Part shown: positions 1-12,808 of the stretch, piece after piece
How positions within the stretch are numbered: position 1 is the stretch's first letter
Layout: the number at the start of each line of letters is the position of its first letter
DNA from: Lama glama
Taxonomy: Eukaryota
Reading direction: 5' to 3'
Assembly: GCA_028534125.1 (NCBI GenBank)
Contig: CM052817.1
Coordinates: 45,882,001 to 45,946,000 of the forward strand
Length of the DNA stretch: 64,000 bases
Translations under genes and position numbers: made by a program
Notes under the pieces: generated by a model
Database searches by the model: none
What the model was told of the DNA's origin: nothing
What the model saw: only the letters and a program-made list of their open reading frames with translations

Positions 1-149
1 GTATTTTAGATATCTCACATTGAAAGAACATAGCAATGTTTTAATAATAACCATATTTATTGAGCAGTTACCACATGCCAAGCATTTTTTTGGAGCTCTT
101 TAAATGTTCTATCAAATGGGATAGTGGGAATCACAAATCCCCCCGGATG

Positions 150-604
150 ATCCAATAAAGAGATTCTGATGAAGGGGCTGGGAGGGCAGGGTGGAGGGAG
201 CCCATAGGAATGTGGGGGCTCCTGGAGTCTATCGAGGGCAGGCAGCTGTGCCCCTCCTATGCATGGAAGGGCTGGGGAAGAGTGATTTTGGCGTTGAGAG
301 GCTGGCTGCACCTGGGTCGGGGGTGGCAGGGTTTAGGCAGGAGCTACTGTAGCTGTAGCTGTGGATGGTAAGAGCCACTGCCAGCACTTGAACAAGGAAG
401 CAGGCAGGAAATGGGGAGAATAACCCCAAACCTTCTCTCTCTTGCTTTCAGATCTTCAGCAGGTGCCTCCCACTAGCCAAACCCCATGAGAACTCAGAGG
501 GTAGGGTAGCCCTTGTGATACAATCTGAAGGTCAGCCAGCCCCCTGGAGCATAGAGCAGGGCAGAGGAAGGTTCCGGAAGGGCAGACCGAGCACAGCCAG
601 CTCA
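150..604 (-). mobile_element. Old MaLR LTR (MLT1H/I-like)
   Basis: cctcccactagccaaacccc...cagagggtagggtagccc...ggtcagcc...agagcagggcagagg resembles the reverse strand of MLT1H/I LTRs (from memory). Confidence 0.6.
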
Positions 605-950
605 GTCAACCAAGATTGTTTTGTCTGTAACAGCATCAAACCCAACCAAACTAGTTCAAAATGAAGGAGACGTATTGGCTCACATGCACTGGCAGTCCAG
701 AGGAGGCGTAGCATTCACACTTGCTTGTATCAGAGTTCCCACGCAGAGAAACATTATTTCTGTCTTTCTGCTCACCATTTGAAGAGTTGATTTCATCCTT
801 GGCTAATTCATTTTAGGTCACAGAAGAGGCCAGCAGGGATCAGGGCCACATGCTTCCTTATCTCCATCAAGCAAGAAACAGCAGTGACTTTCCATAGCTT
901 TCCCAGCAGTACAAAGAATCTCCTTTCCCAGATCATCCCAGCAGATTAAT
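605..950 (-). mobile_element. Old MaLR LTR fragment (MLT1J/K-like)
   Basis: aaacccaaccaaactagttcaaa...tattggctcacatgcactggcagtccagagg resembles the reverse of the MLT1J/K 3' end. Confidence 0.5.
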
Positions 951-1433
951 AGGGTAAAGGCTTATCAAAAAAATTGTAGTGTTCTCCTAACTTATTACCA
1001 AAATGACACTAATGAGTTGAAAACAAAAATGCTGGCTCTAGATTTTTTTTTTAATTACCTAGTATGTTTCTTTTGAATGGTTTGCTCCTTTTCCTCCTCT
1101 TTTTTCTACAGTTAATGAAGGTACCTCCATTCTGGTGGCAAGCTACAAAATGCCTTATTCATTTGAAAATGGACAGAATGTGTCTCAGGAAAACAGCTAG
1201 CAACATGAATTTTAAATAATGTATTTACTTTTTGTTTGTAACGTTAACTTGTGTTGTTTACTATTGTTTTTATAATAAGAACAAATAATTTTATTATTGT
1301 TTGGTAATTGGGGAAAAGCACCCAGTTAAGAAGGGAAATTTTAATAAACTTCCACTTAAGTTTTGTCACCAGGGATTATTAGTCAAACAAACAAAAAAAA
1401 ATAGGAAGGAGTTTAGATCTTAAGAACTGAATT

Positions 1434-1652
1434 AATAATAAAGCTGCCATTTATATGACACTATGTGCTAAGAGTGTGAAATATATTGTTTTCTTTAATT
1501 CCTTCAAGAACCTATGATCCTCATTTCTCATGCATAGAAACAGGCCTTAAGAAGTTGAATAATTTAACCCAGATTTACAGAGTCAGGATTTGGTGGAGCT
1601 GAAATTGGAACCAAGATTTACCCAAGTTCAACATTCATGCTGTTAACCATCA
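1434..1652 (-). mobile_element. MIR SINE
   Basis: aataataaagctgccattta...gaaacaggccttaagaagttgaataattta...ggagctgaaattggaaccaag is a reverse MIR core and tail. Confidence 0.7.
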
Positions 1653-3229
1653 TTTTTGTTCATTGGCGTTTCTGCAAACCAATTCATAATATAACCCAAT
1701 ATTTTACACTAAAGTGTTGTTTTGCCATGACTCTGGGACATTGGGACATTTTCCTGCAGAAACTCAGAATTCAGAGTCCTGGGTATATGTTACTGTTATT
1801 ACCAACATGCTTTCTGTAGTCTTGACTTTCATTATGTTTCTTTGCTCCTTTATAAATTCTCAGTGATTTTCATACATTCTTACCTTAGTTAAGCAAAATT
1901 TGCCCCATTGCTAGGGTAATGAATAGAGATGGAAAGTAAATGTCTGACAGTCTTCAAGTCCCAGGTAAGTGTCTATGCTCATTAAAGGAGAGGTAACAGC
2001 TCTAAAAGAGTTTATTTATCCTCTGGTAAGTGGTCAGTGACAGCACAGCAGAGCCCAGGCAGAGACTGGCTGTGACCACATCCTCATTTTTGTTCTTCTG
2101 AAAAACAATGCCTCTGATTACTCTCAGGTAAATTTTGGTGAAATGAAATCATGACCATGATCATCTATTACTTGGAATCATCTTGCCAAATGCTTCTTCA
2201 ACTCCATATTACATTGAATAAAGATTCTTTTAAAACTGAAAAAGCAAAGTGCACATTTAGCTGGAATTCCATAGAATATGGAAAGTTCTACTCTGACTGG
2301 GTGGACCATTTTCAAAACTGATGACAGATGTCCCCAAATTGTGGCACGTTAGCTATTGTGCTTGTCAGCAAAGCAGCTTTTCCAGAATCTTTGTAACTTT
2401 TGCCTGGCAGTGTAGATGCCATACACCAAGGGAAAGGGGAGTTCAGAGAAAAAGTGAAGCTGAAAACTGCCGTCTATCACACATCATGTTTTAAGTGAGA
2501 CTGAGGCTGTGCTTAAGGTGTAACACAGAAATAGCTCAAATATCAATACGGGCTAAGTCAAACCACCGATAATTTTCTAAATCTATTTTTCCTTCTTAAC
2601 ATCCTTGAAATAGGATTATATTCAACTGAACCCTATTGTATATGCTATATTTTCAAAAGCCTCCTTCTGAGTCATTCTTTCCCTTTCTCAGTCTTCTTTG
2701 ATACTAAAAGTGCTTGAAGCCAATGCTTATTAGAATGTTAAAGTCAAAAAATCAATGCTGTTAATGCTGCTTCTTTCCTGAACTGAGGTTGCTTGACCAA
2801 TGGAAACTCTCAAGCCAATTCAAGCTTGGGAATTTTGTTTTGATTCTAAAAATGTTAAGGGTGTCTCTTGAAATTTGGTAGGTCTGAACTACCAAGAAAG
2901 ACCTTCAAAGATTCATATCTTTTCAAAATGTATTTTATAATTGTTTGGCATATGCTAAGTGACCTTGTTTATGTAGACTGCCAGTATTATCATGTAATAA
3001 AATAAATTTATTTTTCAAACAAAGCAAATGTATGTTTACTTAGGAATTTTCTATTGTTACCCTGAATTATTAATCAAAATAAATTTGAACATTATTGCCT
3101 TAAAAAGTTTATTTTATAGCAAAAATCATGAATACATTTGAAATAGTCTATTTTGACCATATGTTTTCCTTAGAATCTGAAGGATTGAGAAGTGCGCTAG
3201 ACACCTAGGAGATTGTCTGCCCCACAGCC

Positions 3230-3637
3230 TGGCCCTATTTTTTAACACCATCTTCAGCTGCATTTGGTTGGTCTAAGGTAGGCACTTAATGAAGTTGGCC
3301 AATTGGAGCCCTTCCCAGGGGGATTGGGAGCTTGAACTAAAGTTCCTCCTCTTTGAGTCCTTGTGGGGCATAAAAATGCATTTTGAAGCTATTGGCAGTC
3401 ATGTTTTGCTACATGTGGACCAGAAAAGCAAAGAGAGCTTGTGAGAGAATGGAGGTGAGACATAAATTTCCTGGCAGTTTGAGTTACTGTTGTGGGCATT
3501 TTTAAAGTTTAGCTTTATTCCCTTCCTGTGTGCAGGCTCCATGAGACATGTTAGTATCTTTATAATACATTCTTCATTTGGCTTAAGCTAGTTCTGTTTG
3601 GATTTGTGTAACTTGGAACCAAGATCCTGACTACTCT
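3230..3637 (+). mobile_element. MaLR LTR (MLT1K/J-like)
   Basis: 3' end gcttaagctagttctgtttggatttgtgtaacttggaaccaagatcctgacta is typical of MLT1J/K. Confidence 0.6.
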
Positions 3638-3819
3638 GGTGCATCTTGAGATTGTGGATAACAGTCTCTGAAAGCATAAATGACATCCTTTATGGAACAG
3701 TACTATCAAAGTGTGCCTTCACTTGTATCAGAACACTTCTAGGAACAATGTTGCATTTTCACCATACAGCCATTCAGGACAGCAATTGCAGGGGAGCATG
3801 GGCTGGGAGAAGAGAGCCC

Positions 3820-4080
3820 AGCAAGCACTGATTGGGCACCTCCTGCATCCTAAGCACAATGCCACCCATCAAGACAAATAATAAGGAAGAATCAGACATG
3901 GTCCCTTAGGTAATTTATAATTTAGTGGGAGAAACGACTACTCATTGATAATTTCAATACAATTTGGTGCTCTGGGAAAGGCTTAAGGTATTAGGGGATT
4001 GGAGAGGAGGATGATTTAGCCAGCTTTATCAGGAATTGGAGAAGCCCCCTGAAGGAAATTACATCTGAATTGATGGCTAG
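3820..4080 (-). mobile_element. L2 LINE 3' fragment
   Basis: gggcacctcctgcatcctaagcac...agacatggtccct...aatttagtggga is a reverse L2 3' motif. Confidence 0.5.
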
Positions 4081-4689
4081 CTCTGAGAAATAAAGGTCTT
4101 TGCCCCAAATCCCAGGTAAGGCCAGATATTTCTTGGATCCTTGTCAAATTGTATGGAATTTCTTGGAAAGCTCTAGCAGTAGAGAGACTAATAAGTGTTG
4201 CTACAAGGGAATAAAAGAAAGAGACAGAATCAAGGCTTCATGCCTTGTTTCAGAACGTCCCCCTCACGCGCATGACTGGGTGAAGAATATGGGCACGTGA
4301 GCTGTCAGGTGAGATGTTCCTGGTTCCAGTGATGTTACATTATTAAGCGATAGGTTGAGATGGAGAAGGGCTTTTGATTTCTTCCCTAAAGTGTATTATT
4401 TGGCCCTTTTACATTTCTCAATCTATATTACTGTCCATGGTGAAGGAGGGTTATGTAGAGAGTGGAGTCAAACATTCTGGGTCAAATAACTAGCTTTTTT
4501 GAAAAGGCCCTGGTTTGTGCAAAATTCTGTGAAGGAAGTCTTGGACATATTTCAATGCCCACACTTTTAAGACCAAGCTATGACCTTAATGAGACCTTTA
4601 TTTTAGTATCATATTCTGCATATATATTTAGTTTATATTCTGCATATACTATGTTATGAGAACCCAAATGTATTGGGGAATTGCTGTTG

Positions 4690-4810
4690 TTCATTAATTC
4701 AAAAATATTTATTAAGCACCTACTAAGACTGAGTACCTTAGGTTCTGGGACCTCATCAGTGAACAACAATCTATGACCTCGTGGTCTCACTAGCTTATGT
4801 TGCAGTGGCT
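4690..4810 (-). mobile_element. L2 LINE 3' end
   Basis: cattaattcaaaaatatttattaagcacctacta...gttctggga...cagtgaacaa. Confidence 0.55.
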
Positions 4811-6204
4811 ATAATCTTTCCTAGCATTAAATTTAAAACAAAGCTTATCCAAGAGGTTACGTTATCCAGAGATCATTGTCATTAGACTTTTAACCTATGC
4901 CATTGTCTTGGAGCATAAAAGTCAAGGTGAGCATTCACAGAAGAACCCAGTATATGGTAAGATCAGCCCATTTCTTTTGATCCCCAAATAATTCAAATAT
5001 TTTAATAATGACAATCAAAAGCAAAAAAAAAGTATAACTATGTTTTTTTGGGTAAAAATCTTGCTTTACACATTTTTTTTTTGTTATGGTTGATGAACAT
5101 AGGTGCTGTATTTGGGCATCTGTTCTTCAAAGGATCCTCTGTGCTTCAGAGTATTTTTCGGCAAAGGAGCCTGTTCCCATGTGATCAACTTTGGCAACTG
5201 AGTGTTAATGCTGGAACATAATGTGCAAATAGTCTATCCTTGCCTGTGTGCTAATGTTACTCATCCTGGGAATGTGTATCTTATAATAACATCTAGTTGG
5301 CACTTCTGTAAACTCATTTGCCCTCAGGACCTGTCAGGTGTTTGAAGTAGTCTGAAATTCTATATTAGGAAACTAAATAAATTATGTAACTTCAAAAACT
5401 ATATCGGCAATTATTTTCAAGAGATAAATTATGCTTCTGCTATTGGAAATTTCAAAATGTGGGTATCTAGAAATGTTTCATCTACAATTACAGTCCGTGC
5501 TTGTATTAGAAAAGAAATGTTAACTAAACATGTTTTTAAAGACTTTTTCCTCCCATTTTTATTATTCTTACTCAAGTTTAAGTTACCAAAAAAAAATAGT
5601 GCAACAGAGGTACTTCAGTAACTGTTTCCTTTTTTCTCCTTCTTCAGTTTATTTAAAAGAAGCTAACAAAACAGAATTCTCCACAAACACAGAACTCCTT
5701 AATGTTGCTTGCTGCTGCGGCAAGTATAATTATTCTTGTATGGTGTGTGCAGAATGATAAATTTTTTTGAAGCTCTGTGATCCAAACTGGATAATTATTT
5801 GTCATATGTTGGGTTTTAATAAGCAGTGAAAGAGAACTTTTTTCCAACTTGCTCTGTAAAACCATTTTTGAAATACTGCAATGTATAAGCTAATTTTAAT
5901 AAACCTGTTTTAAGCATATTCTTTTCTAACACCTTAGAAACATTTGTTTACTCAATGAACCAGAACTAACAACCCTAAAAAAAAAATCATTTGCATAGTG
6001 TTTTTTGTCTGTTGGTTGGTTTCGTTTATTTTACTCCTGAAGATCATCTGGTCATGGTGATTTACTCCTGGTGATCAACTGGGTTGTCACCTCTCTGCCT
6101 CTTAACTCAAACTGCACATCAAAATCTCTGAACTCTTAACCAAACCAGTGTCCTGGTTATTCTATAAATGGCATAGGGATGGGGGAAATTTGCTTCTGAG
6201 CTAT

Positions 6205-6455
6205 TATGATGCAAAGGCTTTGAGCATAGGATCTTTATTCAGACAGATCTGGGCTTCAGTCCCTGATCTCTCACTTACTGGGAGCCCCTGGGCAAGTTTC
6301 GTAACCCTACGAATGTTCCCATCAACCAGGTGACAATAAATAATAAATAGGGTGGCCTGAGAGGATTAGATGAGATAAAGCCAGCAAAATGTTTAGCCTC
6401 ACACCTGGAATATTTTAAGCATTCTTGAGGTAAATGTTCAACTAATATTAATTAC
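6205..6455 (+). mobile_element. MIR SINE
   Basis: cagacagatctgggcttcagtccctg...cacttactg...ctgggcaagtt...gaggattagatgagataa. Confidence 0.65.
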
Positions 6456-7758
6456 TATTAGAAAGACCAATAATATTAAGGGTGATAATGATGAAAATGA
6501 TGTTCTCTGATTACTCTTACGGAAAACAAGGATCTCATTTCTGAAGTGAAATCAGTGCACTGATGCAGTAAAAGTTCTCTGTGTTTTTAAGGATTCATGA
6601 TCCCTGTGGAAAGGAATGTCTTTCTGCTTTGTCTGAACAAGCCATGTTTAGGTAAAGAATTCCAGCTTGGTGACTGGCCCTAAAGACTGCCTCATTTCTC
6701 TCTCTATATTCTTCCCGCCTCCCTTCCCTACTCCTTTCTTGAAAAAACCCAATGAGATAAACTGAAGAAGAGTTATTACAATGCTATTGAAAATAATTAA
6801 TAATAATTAATAATTAAAGGCCTAATGATTTTTAAATTGTGCTGTGATAAGTCTGCTATTTTGGGAGGTGGAGTTGGACTTTACCACATGTAAACTCAAC
6901 GTTATTGGAGGAGTTAAAAATAATTTGGGCCTGGGCCAGGAAGTAACCTCTCTTATTGTTTATTCACAGTGTGCTTGCACGGTAAGAATTATTATCCACA
7001 TTTGCATGATTATGACCCTAAGGTTCAGGAGGCTTACATACAGATCCTGCCAGATCATTTTACTTGTAAATCATTGTCACCTGCCTCTTAACTTTGGCAT
7101 CTCAAACCTTGAAATAAAAGTACAACTGAAATTATTTACCTTCCAAAGGAGAGAAAAAGAAATGTAGACTCTGCCAGTTAGCTCAGTAAATGACTACTAC
7201 GTGTGACAGCATTTGAGACATTTTCAAAAGTGAAAACTGAACAGGAATAAGATAAAGGATTCAGTGGCAACCAGCTGATTAGCTTTGCTTGTTTTTAGAA
7301 TTCAACCTTTCAGCCAGATTGAACAGGTTTAGCTATCTTTTCTGAAGTCTGTTAAAACATCTAAAAATAAGAGAAAATGACATTAAATAAAACACATGTA
7401 GATTGAGCAACAGGGCATGTGCACTAAATCAAGGTACTCAATTTGGCAGGACCAAAATAATCTCTTGAACCACAAAGGATATGAAGAAGTAAAAAGCCCG
7501 GAGAGTATTTGGCTGTTCCTGAAGCTTTTACAAATAGTAAAATTTTATACGAACTGATTTATTTAAAAATATTTTTCTGATACCCCAAATTAACTCCATA
7601 TTGTTCAGGTCCCTTAAATTCAGTGGAACTTCATTAATTTAAACCCCACCCATCAGCATTTGTCACCATTTAGACATGGAATAAGCAGGTGTTTACCTTC
7701 ACGATAATGAAGAAATCGTATTTTTTAAAACTCACAAGTAGGTATCAATGTTAAAAAT

Positions 7759-9177
7759 CTTTCCAATACTTTGAATAAAAGTGGGGAGAGTGGACATCCT
7801 TATCGTGTTCCTGATCTTAGAGGAAATGCTTTCAGCTTTTCACCACTGAGAATAACGTTAGCTGTGGGTTTGTCATATATGGAGTTTATTATGGTGAGGT
7901 ATGTTCCCTCTATGCCCACTTTCTGGAGTTTTTTTTTTTTTTATCACAAATGGATGTTGAATTATCAAAAGCTTTTTCTGCATCTATTTGGATGATCATA
8001 CGGTTTTTATTCTTCAGTTTGCTCCTGTGGTGTATCACATTGATTGATTTGCAGATATTGAAAAATCTTTGCATCGCTGTGATAAATCCCACTTGATCAT
8101 AGTATATGATCCTTTTAATGCACTGTTGGAGTCAATTTGCTAGTATCTTGTTGAGGATTTTTGCTCCTATATTCATAAGTGATATTGGCCTGTAATTTTC
8201 TTTTTGTTATATCTTCGTCTGGTTTTGGTATCAGGGTCATGGTGGCCTCATAGGATGAATTCGGAAGTTTTCCTTCCTCTACAGTTTTTTGGAATAGTTT
8301 CAGAAGGCGAGGTATTAACTCTTCTCTGAATGTTGTGTAGAATTCCCCTGAGAAGCCATCTGGTCCTGGACTTTTGTTTGTTGGGAGCTTTTTATTTACT
8401 GATTCAATTTCAGTGCTGATAATTGGTCTGTTCACATTTCCTACTTCTTCCTGATTCAATCTGGGGAGATTGTAGCTTTCTAAGAAGCTGTCCATTCCTT
8501 CTAGGTTTTCCATTTTATTAGCAGATAGTTGCTCACAGTAGTAGCCTCTTCTGATCCTTTGTATTTCAGTGGTGTCAATTGTAACTTCTTTTTTCATTTC
8601 TGGTTTTATTAGCTTGGGCCCTCTCCCTTTTTTTCTTGATAAGTCTGGCTAAAGATTTATCAATTTTGTTTATCTTTTCAAAGAAACAGCTTTTAGTTTC
8701 ATTAATCCTTTCTATTTTTGTTTGTCTCTATTTCATTTATTTATGCTCTAATCTTTATGATTTCTTCTACTAACTTTGAGCTTTGTTTGTTCTTCTTTCT
8801 CTAGTTGTTTTAGGTGTAAGTTTAGGTTGTTTACTTGAGATTTTTCTTGTTTCCTGAGGTAGGCTTATATCACTATAAACTTCCCTCTGAGAACTGCTTT
8901 TGCTGTGTGCCATAGGTTTTGGATCATTGTGTTTTCATTTTCATTTGTTTCTGGGTATGTTTTGATTTCTTCTTTGATTTATTCAGAAACCCACTGGTTG
9001 TTTAGTAGCATATTATTTAGCCTTCACATGTTCGGGATTTTTTTTTTCCTTGTAGTTGATTTCTCTCAGAGTGTTGTGGTTGGAAAGGATGTTGGAAAAG
9101 ATGCTTGGTAGTTCAATTTTCTTAAATTTACTGAGGCTTGCTTTGTGGGCCACTATGTGATCTATCCTGGAGAATGT
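7759..9177 (-). mobile_element. Internal L1 ORF2 fragment (end of endonuclease through mid reverse transcriptase), frameshifted and non-functional
   Basis: ORF track gives [49 protein letters not shown]; the minus strand ends in the [20 protein letters not shown] region; no 3' UTR or poly(A). Confidence 0.95.
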
Positions 9178-9424
9178 AAAAATACATTTCAGCAGCAAAA
9201 TTTTTTTCATGGTAATATTATTATTTCACATGACAGTACATGTTTGAAATTAAACTTGTCATTTTTGTAAACTACCTTCAAATCCTAATTCAACTGATCA
9301 AATATCACCAAAAACTGATAATGGGCACATAAACAAAAGTGTTGTAAGTGCGGGGAGGGTGGAGAGGAGAACACGAGATAGTGTATTTTTTCAAGTACAC
9401 AAAAATTATAATAAAAAGCTGAAT

Positions 9425-9680
9425 GAATTTCATTCATTCATCTAATGAATATTCAGCATTACTATATGCACATCATTAGAGCTGTGGATAAAAGGATGAG
9501 ACAGACTTAGTCCACGTTCCCATGAATTTTACTCTATAGTAGAGAAGGTGAGAGTTTTACATGTACAAATGATGCCTTGCCAGCATGCACTAGGGACTGA
9601 AGGGATTAGGGAAGACTTCTCAGAGGAGGTGGCATTTATTTAGGCCTGAAAGAATGAGTGGGATGTGAGAGGCAAGTATA
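9425..9680 (-). mobile_element. L2 LINE 3' fragment
   Basis: (ttca)n tail followed by agggaagacttctcagaggaggtggcattt. Confidence 0.6.
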
Positions 9681-9924
9681 GATGAGAAGGTTCAAGTGCC
9701 TGGGTTAGTGCAGATGAGAGCACAGGGGAGTCTATGACTGGTTAGGGATGAATATGCTCACTTAAACCAGGTATCTAAAGCAGTCTAGGAATGCCCTGGT
9801 GCAATACTCATGTGGACTACGATGATGAACAGGACAAGTGTACGTGTAGCCAAGAGGAGTGTCTGCTACCAAATGAAGTGTATTCTGCCCAATAGGTCAA
9901 AATGTTCTTTAAGACTTCTATGGT

Positions 9925-10508
9925 CAGAGGGGGCATATGGTACCAGTGCATGCCGTGAGGAGTACACCATAAATCAGACATACCATGTAAATTGATACCC
10001 AAGAATACAATGAGTTATCAACAGTGATACGCCACATTATCAACAGTGACACACTGCAGCCTGGGGCAAAAAGAAAAATGTGAGTCCCTATGACAAAATA
10101 TCCTCCTACATTTTGAACCAAGAAAAGAAAGTTAATGAAAATTCTGTAATCAAAAAACTTGACCAAATATGTGGGGAAAAAAATGACTAATATGTAAAGG
10201 CCTGCGTTGCCCTGTCTCTTCACATGCACTGGTCAACCCTCCTAAACTTGCCCTGACGGGGACCTGACGAAGGCAGGCGGATCTGAGGCAGACTGTTTCC
10301 ACTGCATAATATGTAATTCAAGACTGTAAAATAAATAACCATTGCTTGTTTTTATTTATAATTTTGACAGTTTATTTTCATGGGCTTTTTGCATTTATTT
10401 TGATTTTAAAAATCACATTGCATGTTATTTATCTTGAATCTTATGTTTCATTGGCCTCCTTAAATTTTGGCAAGTGAGAGCCTCACTCTCACTCTAATCC
10501 CAGTGCTG
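9925..10508. mobile_element. hAT-Tip100 non-autonomous DNA transposon (MER96B-like)
   Basis: ccataaatc...catgtaaattgatacccaag...tatcaacagtgacacactgcagcctggggcaaaaag and terminal taaattttgg...gcctcactctcactctaatcccagtgctg resemble the two ends of MER96B as recalled. Confidence 0.6.
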
Positions 10509-10835
10509 ATATCGACAAAAGGCAGGGAAGGGACTAAACTCAGCAGGCCCTACGTGCAATTTTCCATAAACAAACAACCACAAACAAAATCTTCACTACG
10601 ACTTAATGAATTTTATATTTCATTATTCCTGCTAACATTCTAGAGACTTAATATAAAGTTCTTAGGATTAAATTTAAATGTGAACTCCATTCCTGGCTTA
10701 TGAAAGGACTTTGAGCAAATCACCTGCATATACTTAGCCTCAGTTTCTTAGTCTGTAAATATGATAGAATAATACCCACTCCACCACAGACTGGTGGTAA
10801 GCATGATTGAAATACTGTTCATGAAAGCCTCTGGC

Positions 10836-10956
10836 CAGGGCCAGCTTTATGGGCATTTGACCTGTGTAGCACATGGGCCCTATGCTGAGAGTGGTGCCCA
10901 GTATTTTCATTTGGCACTGAACTGCACTTTATATATGTACATATAAACATGCGCAG

Positions 10957-11008
<52 letters not shown>

Positions 11009-11018
11009 GTTGGTCCTG
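10836..11018. mobile_element. MER45A-like hAT-Tip100 MITE
   Basis: Begins cagggccagctttatgggcatttgacctgtg, contains attttcatttggcactg, ends tggtcctg (terminal inverted repeat cagg...cctg). Confidence 0.7.
10957..11008. repeat. (TATC)13 perfect tetranucleotide microsatellite
   Basis: Direct count. Confidence 0.98.
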
Positions 11019-12018
11019 GTCACCGCAGAATAAGCATTCAGAAAGCATTGGTGGGCCTGGCTATATTGTACTTGATTTGTGGGCACACACATGTTTACTG
11101 AGCATTTGTCTTGTGCTCAGACATGAGGATATGGGAGTTTAAAGAAAACACTGCATTAGTTATGGCCCTTGCTTCCTGTTTAGGGGAACCAGAATGAAAT
11201 GGAAGGAGAGAATAGAGACATTTGGGAAGTTCTGACTGATAGTGACTATAAATGCGATAGTATTTTGGAGAGGACAAAGTTCCTTTCCTCTTTTTGAATT
11301 GTCCATCAACACTGGGAGACATACCCAGTCCAGGAAGGAGCTCCCCAGTCCTCAGAGCTCTATTACCGCCCATTAAGAGTGGGGGTCTTCCCTGCCCATG
11401 CTAGAGTGATCCGCTGTAAGGCAAGCAGCCCCTTCAACACTTTCACTCCCTGTGGGTCAAATTCAGCCAAGAATGGCCTTCTATAACTCTCAGATCATCA
11501 TGCCCCGTCCTTATGGGGATCCATTAGTCAGCGCCTTCTAGAGGTTTTGAGTCTCTGAGGGGTCACATTTCACCAGATTCTTGTCCCCTCCTCCCAAACC
11601 ATTTTCCAAGCAACAGGATTGCTTTCACTTTTTCAACACCTGAAACATGAAAAGTCCATTTCTTTAATTTTATCAAGCAATAAAATTAAATGGAATCTAG
11701 ACACAAAGTCTGGCTTATGATTTCATCAGTTTGATTCCTCATTCCTCTAGTAACTTTTCTTTTTCAAGGTCATACAAGAGCTGGTAACCTTCTGGGCCAA
11801 AAAGGCCAAAGGTTTAGGATCACAAAAGCCTGCCGACTCCTGGAAGGGAAGAGAAATATATTTATGCAATCTCTAGCAGCACATCTGTCCACTATGAGTT
11901 AACAATGCAATTTTATTTCCCAATGGATCACCCAGTGACATCCCCAATAAGTCACCCTTCCCCATAGATGAGGCAGAGGGTATTAATTACAGTATAAAGA
12001 GTTGTCATGTGGCAGGTT

Positions 12019-12326
12019 TAAAAAAATATTATTGAGATATAATTGACACATGGTGTTGTATTAGGTTTAGGTATACAGCGTAGACTTGATGTGTCTATAT
12101 ATTGCATAATGATCACCACTATACGTTTAATTAACATCTGTCATCTCACATAGGTACAGAAACTTTTTTCTTGTGATGAGAACTTTTAAAATCTGCTCTC
12201 TTAGTAACTTTTAAAAATAGAATACAGTATTGTTAACTACAGTCACCTTGCTGCACATTATATCCCCGGAATTTAATTTAGCTTATATTTGGAAGTTTGT
12301 ACCTTTTGGCCACCTTCAACCATTTC
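12019..12326 (-). mobile_element. L1 3' UTR fragment (L1MA9-like)
   Basis: ttattgagatataattgacac...ttgtgatgagaacttttaaaatct...tggaagtttgtacctttt. Confidence 0.85.
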
Positions 12327-12808
12327 TTATTTTCTGATTTTTTTGTGTGTGTGTCTTTAGAGTTGGTCTTTAGCTTCCTGTAGAAAGGTTCAAGCTGCGA
12401 TCTAACCCTTTTCCTGCTGGGTCCCTGTCTGTGTAAGATGCTCTGAGTGACCTAAATAGTCCACCTTGAAGAGATGGCCAGCCTGCCTGTGACCAGGAGA
12501 TACAGGGATACTCATTCTCCTCTTGTTCTAGATGCTGCCTCACCTACTTTTGCTTAAAGCAATCCGCGCTGGACAGCCCTGTGGTGTACCCATTTCATCT
12601 CTGAAAAGATTTCTGTGAATATTCCCTAACTCTTCAAGTTAAGAACAGGTAGAGAGGAATTTGGACCCAGTCAGCATCATGTTGGGCCCTCACAGGGACT
12701 CCCACTCTCTACCTTTTCCCTCTTTGCCTGCCCCCTCATAGCATTCTGCCTTCAAGTTCCCTCTCCCCTCCCTGTTCTCTGGGATCAGTTCCTCTTTCCT
12801 AATCAAGG

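Larger units (their letters stand above)
10655..11055 (+). mobile_element. MIR SINE interrupted by MER45A
   Basis: ttgagcaaatcacct...gcctcagtttcttagtctgtaaat; the MIR tail resumes after 11018 (gaataagcattcagaaagcattgg). Confidence 0.6.

Noticed and set aside
1864..1970. Perfect splice donor CAG|GTAAGT at 1962-1970
   Set aside because: Upstream candidate exons give no convincing reading frame, and isolated consensus donors are expected by chance in 64 kb
6030..6082. 22-bp imperfect direct repeat (tttactcctg..gatca.ctgg, period 31)
   Set aside because: A two-copy local duplication with no sign of function
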